From Mytilus californianus (taxonomy: Eukaryota), in contig NW_026262667.1 in NCBI RefSeq assembly GCF_021869535.1, positions 4,960,001 through 5,024,000 of the forward strand: 64,000 nt of DNA. Reading direction: 5' to 3'. A program made the position numbers and the translations under genes. Every line of letters starts with the position of its first letter. Position 1 is the first letter of the stretch. This document shows, piece by piece, positions 10,826 through 20,282 of the stretch. Below the pieces are notes generated by a model. The model saw only the letters and a program-made list of their open reading frames with translations, was not told the DNA's origin and did not search any database.

Positions 10826-13050
10826 TCAAACCGGAAACTCAATAACATGCCAGCCCCAAACTTTATACAACTTATCAAACTTCAATAACGTGTCTGCAGC
10901 TTTATCATACACGACTTTGGGATTCTGAAATAAAATAATAAAATCTAAATATATTCTTGAAATCATTTTAAAATAATATCTATGAACACCAAAAATCTTA
11001 TTTTTTTCCAATTGAGTTCTTCAAATTTGTCTTTATATTATTTGAATGCAGTACGGGTGCTCTCATATCAAAGTACTCGCCTCGAGTGTGTGGTCGTAAG
11101 TTCAAACCACAAACCGGTCAAAGACCGAAAAAGCAGAGAATAGTCAGGTTTGGTGAAATGTCTATCTGTGGACTGTTCAATTAGAATTTATGACTGAAAA
11201 ATCCTGCTCAGTATGCCACTAAAAAGTAGGAGTTATATTTATATAACATTATCATGTTCTTGTCTTGAATAAGCATTTGATTTCATAATGGACGTTAAAC
11301 AGCCATCCATTTATCATGTTTAAGTTAAAGTCTATCATAATGATTAAATCATTTTGAGTTCTAAAAAGTTTTTGTAACTAATTGTCAAACTTTTTTCTAA
11401 TGTTTCCATCTCAGATGTAACTACAATTAAAACAGACAAATTTGTAATCAACCAATGCATGAAAATCTCAACGAGAGAAATCTTTGCAAGTTAAAGTTCA
11501 TGGGTATTTACCTTTAACAGCAGACAGGTATAGTCTCCAGACCTTTCTGTGTATTTGCCATTTTTGGGTAAAGTGCCCAAGAATTTCTTTATTTTCTCTG
11601 AACTGTCAACCTGAAAGGTAAAAAGTTGTAATTTAATAAATGTACTGTTACTTTAAACTGGACTATTAATTAGATTATTCTTTCTGTTAAGATTGCTTGC
11701 TTTTAAATGATAAACTTAATTTCAAGGAATATAGTTCTTACTAATTTAATAAATAGTGCATATTCCTCCACAATGCACTTTCTAAAGGTGTTGGTTTTCT
11801 TTTCTTGCATTTTTTTTCTATTCCAATCTTATTTATTGAATAGCCAATTAACATACTGTAAGCCCGTCCAGACTAGTAAGTAAATGTAAACTTATAATTG
11901 GTATTAATATGTGGCCAAGTAATTACCTTTAGAACTCTTATACCATTTTCCATGCAGTATGCCTCCAGTAGAGTGTGTTCTATATTAATGGTAACATCGT
12001 GGAGAGGTCCATAATCTGCTAGAATACATGCCATAATGTTGTCTGGACAGCTGGAATCAAAGTAAAAAAAAAATATGAAATAAACTCAATTATCAGTGGG
12101 CGAATGCTATGTAAAATTAATAATATTTCTCAAAAGTGCAAACATTTAGAAGTCACTGTATTGATTTTATTGAAAGAGCAAAAGTACAAATTTGATATCA
12201 TCTATTTCATGACCGTTAAGGTATACATAAAACATAAACGGTACCACCTTTTATGCACCAGATGCGCATTTTAACAATTAATGTCTCTTCAGTGCTGCTC
12301 GAGGCCAAAATATTTGAAAATCCAAAACTTAAAAATAATTTTTATATCCTTTTCTTATATTCTTCATAATAGTTTAACTCTAAATGGTAATGGTGCATGT
12401 ATCTATTAATGGGTACATATACTTACTGCTGTAAATGTACTGCACAACTATGTGTTCCATTTACTACACGACTGTCTTTGTCTGCTTCTGAAACAACTTC
12501 CTTCAAAATCTTTCCTGCTTCAACAGCAGTCCTGAAATTTCAGAAAATTTGCCGTTAATACAAGGTTCCGGGAATTTCTATTCTATAAATAGAACAGGTG
12601 TGTTGTGCAATCACTATAATTGCTTAGTAATCATTTTCCGAAGAAAAATCTGGAATGTCAACGAGAAAAAAATGGACAATTTTCATATGTAACTTACCAA
12701 ATTTAATGTATGATGAAAAGTTGTACAGAACTTAGTTGTATGCAATTCCAAGAATGTTCTGCTAAAAATAGAACAATTTCGTGATGAGATGACTTTGAGC
12801 TCATTCCTATCAGAAAGTCGTTTCTAAAAACTTGGCGCATAGAAAATATCATGCATATTATAAAATTCAATAAATAATCTAGAAAATACGATTGCCGAAG
12901 TAGAATATCTTGACTGATGCAATATGACAGGTCACATGCGATAGTTGGTATTTGCAAAATAATCAGATTAATTCTTTAAAATATGAATAAAAATACTTAC
13001 TTATCAATGCTATTGTTATTCATATCTTGTTTTAAATCCGTAAGAGTCAT
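10826..13050 (-). CDS. GADD45: GADD45-like protein, copy A (5 coding exons, 158 aa)
   Basis: Hand-spliced exons 13050-13001, 12531-12427, 12050-11927, 11610-11512 and 10924-10826. All junctions are GT-AG, phases are consistent, and the total is 477 nt ending in TGA. Protein: MTLTDLKQDMNNNSIDKTAVEAGKILKEVVSEADKDSRVVNGTHSCAVHLQHCPDNIMACILADYGPLHDVTINIEHTLLEAYCMENGIRVLKVDSSEKIKKFLGTLPKNGKYTERSGDYTCLLLKNPKVVYDKAADTLLKFDKLYKVWGWHVIEFPV. It matches GADD45 hallmarks (MTL start, PDN..C.LA, I.HTL.EA.C.EN.I..L.V, C.L..NP). The alpha/beta/gamma subtype cannot be assigned. Confidence 0.92.
11050..11310 (+). mobile_element. Degenerate tRNA-derived SINE in GADD45-A intron 4
   Basis: ctcgcctcgagtg...gttcaaacc B-box-like head. 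The segment is absent from copy B intron 4. Confidence 0.4.
12255..12300 (-). ncRNA. Degenerate hammerhead remnant of a second family (CTGAAGA core) in GADD45-A intron 2
   Basis: The reverse complement reads GAGCAGCA CTGAAGA GAC attaattg TTA AAAT GCGC ATC TGGTG. It has the same layout and the palindromic ATGCGCAT, but GTC-GAAA is mutated, so it is predicted inactive. Confidence 0.5.
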
Positions 13051-13129
13051 TTTTGCTTCCTTTCTTTCTACTTTCAAAATTTCTTTCTTGCAAATGTAGT
13101 TCAATACTTTACTCTTTGGACGTTCCCTC

Positions 13130-13460
13130 TGGTATGTCAGTAAGGCGATTAGTCACGAGGTTTATCATATGTTTGTTGTGGCAATTTTGATACTCCAAAC
13201 AATTTGATTGGTTAATATTTCCGAAGCGGGATTCCCGATTTAAAATATTTTTGTTCAAGTAAAACTTTTATACCAAATATAACATGATAAATAATTTGCA
13301 AAGTTAAAATCAACAGCGTTGATTGCAGAGTATAACATCTATTTAACGTACAAAATGAAATAACGAAATATACTTGTGATTCAAATATTGGATTTATTTT
13401 TATCGGTTAACAGATACATTCGTCATAGATATATTTAAACGGCCAGGGTTTCCCTAATGT
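13130..13460 (-). promoter_or_regulatory. GADD45-A proximal promoter
   Basis: Motifs shared with copy B in the same order: TGACTAA (13149-55), CCAAT (13207-11), GGGATTCCC (13228-36) and GGGTTTCCC (13446-54). Confidence 0.55.
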
Positions 13461-15269
13461 CATTTGCAATTGATTGTGTGATTTTCGTAAGAATAGACGC
13501 ATAGCAAAATATCATATGAGCTTCAGTCTTAGTAAAAGTGGTTTCAACATTTTTTTTCAATTAAACTAAATATAATAAAAATATCTGTTATTTTTTCACA
13601 TCTTGCAGATTTTGCTATTAAGACCTTTTGAAATATTGAAATACGACCGATAAATCATTCATATCATTTCTATCATTTTTATCATTCTAGTATGAGTAAT
13701 AATAGTCCTTTATATATTCATTGTGTTTTAACATTTTCGACTCGACAATATGGTGACGGAACATTCACCGACGGATGCAAGGTAGGATTTATGTTTACTC
13801 ATTTGCTATTTGTATGCAATTATAGAATATGAATACACATATTACTATTTTCGATTGTATGATGATATTTTCTACAATCCTTCTAGATTAATAGAGTTTA
13901 ACTTACCTCGAATTTGTTGTATTTCTCATTAAATTTCGTATATTGTACGGAAAGAATAATTGCATACAAATAACAAATAAGTAAACAGAAATCATACCTT
14001 GTATCTGTCTGAAAGTGTTTTGTCACCGTACTGGATATTAGATACTATCAAGGCGAGGCATTTTTTTGCTACGGTAGTTTAGACACTTAGTAAATCTTGG
14101 TCAAATCAAAAGTACATTTATTAATCACTCCTAAGTTAGTACCTCGCTGGTTTCATATTCGGTATACTAACTTAAGTTCCTGCAATGCCAATGCTTATAC
14201 TAAAGATATGTATATTTAGATAAACAGCATTTTGAAGAAAGCCCATCAGTACTTTTCAATTGGCTTTCTCTCCTCGTACTAACTCCACAAAAAGTATTAA
14301 CGAAAATACCGAACTCCAAGTAAATTCAAAAAGGGGGAAGTCCACAAAACTTGTCAAAATCAAACGTTAGATTTTAATAATCAACGGTACGAATGCAAAA
14401 CAACTGTCATATTTCTGACTTGGTACATGCATTTTCCGATGAAAATGTTGGGTTAAACCTGGTTTTCTATCTATCTAAACCCCCCACTTGTACGACAGTT
14501 GTTTATAGTTCAGACAGTTTAGACTTGCTACAAGTGCATATCTAGAGGAATTACTACCTGAATAGAAGTTGATATTTTTACATAGCAAATTATTATTTTA
14601 AGTAAAAAAATCTAAACTGATAACATTTTCTCACTAACTGCTAAATAAATAGAGAAGCTATCTGTACACCAGTTATTTGTATACGTGTTAGTACAATCCA
14701 GTCTGAGTGGTTATCATCTGTGTGTCCCTTCAAACCGACTTGTTCTTCTAGTCATGCAAATTATAATTTATGTAGATAGTAAATATTTACACATGCTGCT
14801 GACAAAGTTTTGACCATGCATCTTATCTATAGTTAAAAAACGATCCTTGTGTGTTAAACATTACAGTGTCACAGAACTGGATGTATGGTGTTCTCCAATT
14901 TGTAAAATGAGTGGGACTTTTATTCCTATATAAACTGTATAAAGAGATGTTTTTTTGTGTTATCAAATTTTAACATCTCCCTTGTTCATTTCATTAGTTT
15001 TCGTTGCTTATCCACATGACACAAACAAATGTGAATCTGAATTTCAATTGTTTTTAGTGGAAAATGTCGTATTGTATATGTTGTTCCCACAACCTTCAGT
15101 GCACTGCAGTATACACTACTCTTGTGCGTAGTGGCTACTCGGCTTCTATTGTTTTGTAGGGGGGGGGGGGCTTTGACAGTGTCACTTTGTCTGTTGGGGA
15201 GCATACACATTCTTTTTCCTGTTATTTTGGGAGTACATTACTATTTAATAGTGTCAATTTGATATACTT

Positions 15270-16302
15270 TTATATGAATGATTTTTTAGATAAATCCAAT
15301 TTAAGATATATGAAGTATATTTTAGGTGTAAAAAAAAGTCTTCTAACCTAGCTGTGCTAGGAGAGCTTGGTAGATTCCCTTTATATTTTTCAGTTGTATT
15401 ATCAATAATGAAATATTGGTTTAGAATAAAAAAATATGAAAGATGGTTTACTGTACGATACCTATATGTGTAACAAAAACATGTTTACTAATAAAATAGA
15501 ATGCTGGTATTCATCCATACATTACATTTTTAAAAAGCTGAATATTCATAATTTGGAGGTAAAGCTTCACTTTTTTATCAAGTCAGTTTAGAAAAAACTT
15601 TGCAATAGTTTTGTAAAGTTTTGGAACACAAAAAGAACAGATACAAAGAGTAGTAAATTAGATACTTATTTCAAACTAAAAACTTGTTTTTCTAAAGAAA
15701 TGTATCTATCTTTAAACAATTTTCAATTGAGAAGTGCCATATGTAAAATCAGAATCAGTGCCCATGATCTCAAAATAGAAAGAGACAGGTATGAAACTTT
15801 ATATATAGAAAGAGACCAAAGGCTTTGTAAGAAATGTACTTTAAATCTGGTTGAAGATGAACAACATTTTATTACTAGTTGTCCAGCATACAAAGATGAT
15901 AGGGAGATATTTTCAAGGAGATAAACAGTATTTGTCCTAATTTTTCATATCTCTCAAATGAGGCAAAATTTGTTTGGTTATTTACTAATGAAAATTTGTC
16001 TGTACTTAAATATTTAGGGAACTATATTATTACATGTCTAGATGTTAGACAAAATGTAAATTAATGTATGTAATAACGATGATAATTGTAATGATTTTAT
16101 GGTTCTGGTCCTGCCTGGAATTAAATGTATGTGATTTATATAGAATGGAGATAATGACATGTCTGAACTTTTTAATGTTTCATTTCAATGTATAAAAAAA
16201 ATGTGTTTTTCTGTTACAAATCATGATGTATTGTTTTATGTGTACATGTCATGCTGCCCATCAAGGGCCCTTGATTGGAATAATAAATATTCTTATTCTT
16301 AT
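15270..16302 (+). mobile_element. 5'-truncated decayed LINE (ORF2 C-terminus + 3' UTR)
   Basis: Contains LGVKK..SNLAVLGELGRFPL, LRSAICKIRISAHDLKIE and CKKC..VEDEQHFITSC. Ends gggccc...aataaat(attctt)n. Confidence 0.75.
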
Positions 16303-16960
16303 ACTAAGAAGGATAACTCCTAATTTATTTATTTCATTTACAGACTGAATCGACTGTTTTGGTAACGTGTAAAAACATAGAATTTCCGAATTTTAAAATA
16401 TTTTCTTTTTTCCTTGAGACAGTTTAGGTTACTGTGGATAAAGTACAACATTAGAACAAACTATAAAAATCAGTTGAAAAGGGCTTAACTCATCAGACCG
16501 ATACAAATCAGAAATACATCTAACAAAAACACAGAGTGGACGTGGCAGGGTACTTATACATCCACAAAACAAATAGACACTAAATAACTAAATAACACCC
16601 CACCCTTGTTCACCCCGGGGTAATTAAAATTTTGCCAAAAAATTTTAAAAAATTTAAATTTTGCCAAAATAAAGAAAAAAAAATAATACGTAAAAAAAAA
16701 AAAAAAAAAAAAAAAATAAAAAATGAATAAATTTGAGGACAAAAAGTTTGTAAAATTTTTTTTAAAATTTTTTTTACCCGAAAATTCGAAAGAACACAAA
16801 CAATTCTGAATTTCCCCAAAATAAAGAAAAAAAGTATTTAACAATGCGCAGCAAAATCGACGTTGAAAAAATGTTATACTGGAAATTTTTCATTAGCATT
16901 TTTCAATTTTACATCCTGGTTTAAAAATGGGTAAAGGAATTGTTCATAAGATATAAATTC

Positions 16961-17123
16961 GTTATCTTGGTGTAATCAGGGGTGTACGGAATTTAACACC
17001 GTTGTTGAAAATTCATACACCCATTCGGCTGCGCCTCAGGGTGTATGAATTTTGCGCCTCAGGGTGTATGAATTTTCAACAACGGTGTAAAATTCTGTAC
17101 ACCCCTGATTACACCATGATAAC
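16961..17123. repeat. Long palindrome (hairpin element), family shared with 51665-51803
   Basis: gttatc...gataac ends, near-perfect arms and central ttcggctgcgcctc. Confidence 0.8.
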
Positions 17124-17267
17124 TAATAGTACACATCAAACATCCAATGAATTTAGTGTAAAGACGTCATTAACCGTCAGAGAAAAACATGACCTTGTGC
17201 AATGCCAAAATACAGCTATCGACAGATTGTAGAGCCATGCATGTGCATATGTATGTACACATAATAT

Positions 17268-17390
17268 TTAGTTTGATTTTAATTTACTGATAACAAAATC
17301 AATATTGATACCAATAAAAACAATATTCAAAGATCTAATTATAGTGTTGAATCGGTAACCTTTTAGAATAAGTTTATTCAAAGGATCGAT
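17268..17390 (-). mobile_element. C-terminal fragment of a related PLE RT
   Basis: PLNKLILKGYRFNTIIRSLNIVFIGINIDFVI aligns with PLNRLIRKVYSYDTVVKSLRIEYFGINIDSLI of ORF 52745-53533. Confidence 0.6.
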
Positions 17391-18202
17391 AAAAGAGAGG
17401 CGAAAGATACCAGTGGGACATTCAAACTCATAAGTCGAAAATAAACTGACAACGTCATGGCTAAAAGAGAAAAAGACCAACAGACAAACAATAGTACACA
17501 AAACACAACATAGAAAACTAAAGACTGAGCAACACGAACCCCACCAATAAGTTTACCCGGATCGTATCTAAATTTCAGGGCTTTGTAAACAAAATCTCCG
17601 TAAAAATTAAGATGTGCTATCCCGTTAAAAATAAGTTTTCTACAGGTAAAACCAAACTTTCAAACCAAATCTTTATATCTATGAAAGAATTTAGTAAAGG
17701 TTTTAAGTAATTTGTGATCACGAAATCCCTGACTTAATAATTTACCACTAATATATAGATTACGTTCATTGAAATACAAAATGTCACAACAAACTCAGGC
17801 ATAGCCAACGAGTTGTGATATATAAACACCGTAAGATGGTGCCAAAGGACCATCACCGCCCAAAAAAGGAAAATTAACAATAGTTCACAAAACACAACAT
17901 AATATAAAATATTTTTTTTTATCAGTTTTATATAAACGGACCCTTTTTGTTTAGTGCAGTACAATCAAATGTATTTTTTCTCTACCATAAGACTGGTTGT
18001 ATGATGTTCTCCATTTTAAAGTTTAAATGTATCTTACTTGAAAGTGTACTAGTATGTATTATCTGTATTGCTGGGCGCATCTTGTACATAGTAAAATGAC
18101 AAGATTATATGCTTCATTACTTGCTCTAGTTGTAGTGCTAAGGGAGGTAGTCAAAGATTTACTAAGATTTCGACCCTTTTTCACACTTGTGGATAAAGAT
18201 TT

Positions 18203-18204
<2 letters not shown>

Positions 18205-18256
<52 letters not shown>
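18205..18256. repeat. (CT)n microsatellite
   Basis: About 26 CT units. A similar (AG)n tract lies at 44761-44788. Confidence 0.95.
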
Positions 18257-18260
<4 letters not shown>

Positions 18261-19061
18261 ATCTGATGTACATTACATTACACTCATTAATGTACTGTCA
18301 GAAAACAATAGAATATGTAATACTGGATTCTTTAAGGCACTACTGCAATGTTTAACGACTTCATCAATATAAAAACAAAACAGAATCAACTGATATTCCT
18401 TTTATTTCTATAACTAGGATAACAATGAACATGCAAACATAACTGATGATTTATAAACATACAAATGATATTCAACATGTCATTTCCTTTCTTCATGTCT
18501 CCTCCCGGGTAGTCTTCATATGACACATATCTGCCCCTCGATATATGTACAACACGGATCTGGTTCTTGATGTGAACGTAGTCCTGAAGTCAGATTGACC
18601 CAACGTTATCAATAACTGTTGAGAAGGTCGGATAACGACAGTAAAATGTTCCGACAGTACAGTCAAGACTAGCTCTTTTTTTACTGTTCATTATCATACT
18701 GCAATTGTGCAGATAATTTCTGAAAAATAAATAATAAAATACTGCAATATGTTTCTTCAATATTAATGTTGTAGAAACTGTTCTCGCAATTACCATCAAA
18801 GCAATATGAAACAAAACAATCACGGGATTTACACGTAATAGGAAAAGACTGTTAATTATGTTTCTAAATTAAGGCAGCAGTGCTTTACTGAAGTTCAAAT
18901 TCATAAATATATTAGGAAGACAAATCAAGGTAACAAACAAAAACTTAAAGAATCGCATGAACCCCAAAAGGAGTGTGTCGACAGGGTAATCGTCTCTTGA
19001 TTTGCATGCATTACCAGCCATGCTTATCCACACTCAGTCAAAATGTCCCAATCGGGATAAG

Positions 19062-19300
19062 GACACAATCGGTAAGGTAAATTACATATAACATCCCTAT
19101 TCTGATATCTAAAGATATAAGACACAATCGGTAAGGTAAATTACATATTACATCCCTATTCTGATATCTAAAGATATAAGACACAATCGGTAAGGTAAAT
19201 TACATATAACATCCCTATTCTGATATCTAAAGATATAAGACACAATCGGTAAGGTAAATTACATATTACATCCCTATTCTGATATCTAAAGATATAAGAC
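19062..19300. repeat. 59-bp tandem repeat, 4 copies
   Basis: Unit gacacaatcggtaaggtaaattacatat(a/t)acatccctattctgatatctaaagatataa. Confidence 0.95.
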
Positions 19301-19329
19301 TGCGAACAAATATTGCTTGTGAGTGGCGA

Positions 19330-19865
19330 CACAGACATACCGTATCGGTCAACAAATTCGTCATGTTACCGTAAAACCTATGAAGTGTCGATTTCAGACG
19401 TTCTTTCTCTTCCATGTTGTGTAAGAGCACATTCCTGTTGATGAAGTTCGTATAGTGTGAACATGCACGAGCTTAACGTATCAATTGAGATATGTATAAA
19501 ATACGCTTGGGTAGAGGGTGTGTTACTGCCGAGAAATAAGAATTGACAATTGCAAACGCTTGTTTTAAGTCGTCGGTGTCAATATCGAAGAAGTGAAGCA
19601 AAACAATTCTGTAAGATGTTTTTTTTTTATTGTTTTGTTTGTAGATGGCATTGTCTAAATTCTGCTTCATAGTACAAAAGCAAGTCGATCAGAAGGGGGT
19701 GTTCAGTTAGTACCCATTATAATACCGACTGTTTGTTGAAATATCAATCCACCAAAGTCAACAAATATGTTGTCGATCAAATAGTATAGCACTTTGATGA
19801 TATCATCCCCGCTGTATTTGGGTTTTTTTAATCGGTGCAGTTCTTTACAAAGTCTGATTTTCTAT
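19330..19865 (-). mobile_element. Decayed Penelope-like (Naiad-type) RT fragment downstream of the GADD45-B stop codon
   Basis: The minus strand encodes KYSGDDIIKVLYYLIDNIFVDFGGLIFQQTVGIIMGTN*, homologous to the 52-53 kb RT. Confidence 0.7.
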
Positions 19866-19889
19866 GAAACCACTACTGCTAAAGTATTG

Positions 19890-20232
19890 CTTATAAATGT
19901 TTTATTTTCTTTTGTTTCCTATTCTGACATCGGACTCGGCTTTCTCTTAAACTGAGTTTTACTGTGCGTACTGTTGTACGTTTGTTTCTTCTACATTGGC
20001 TAGAGGTATCATTTTTAATTTTAGTTTCTTGCGTATAATTTGGAGTTTAGTATGACATCCATTATCACTGAACTAGTATACATATTTGTTTAGGGGCCAG
20101 CTGAAGGACGCCTCCGGGTGCGGGAGTTTCTCGCTGCATTGAAGACCCATTGGTGGCCTTCGGCTGTTGTCTTCTCTATGGTCGGGTTGTTGTCTCTTTG
20201 ACACATTCCCCATTTCCATTCTCAATTTTATT
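19890..20232 (+). mobile_element. 3' non-coding segment of the same PLE-associated repeat family, inserted about 50 nt after the GADD45-B stop
   Basis: Reverse complement of about 52178-52590 with an internal deletion. It interrupts sequence that is contiguous in copy A (aaagtattgctta...tatacttactatg). Confidence 0.7.
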
Positions 20233-20282
20233 GAATATACTTACTATGAAAAATTTACACAGATGGCTAGTTTCTTTCAACA

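Noticed and set aside
11611-11926. p53 response element in GADD45 intron 3, as in vertebrate GADD45A
   Set aside because: Only an imperfect half-site (AGACTAGTAA) in copy A, and it is not conserved in copy B.
16610-16830. A/T homopolymer-rich stretch with hydrophobic ORFs
   Set aside because: Looks like low-complexity or poorly polished long-read sequence, not coding.
18389-18820. Apparent third GADD45 copy
   Set aside because: Contains only 3' UTR-like sequence and no exons. Best explained as the distal UTR of copy B displaced by insertions.
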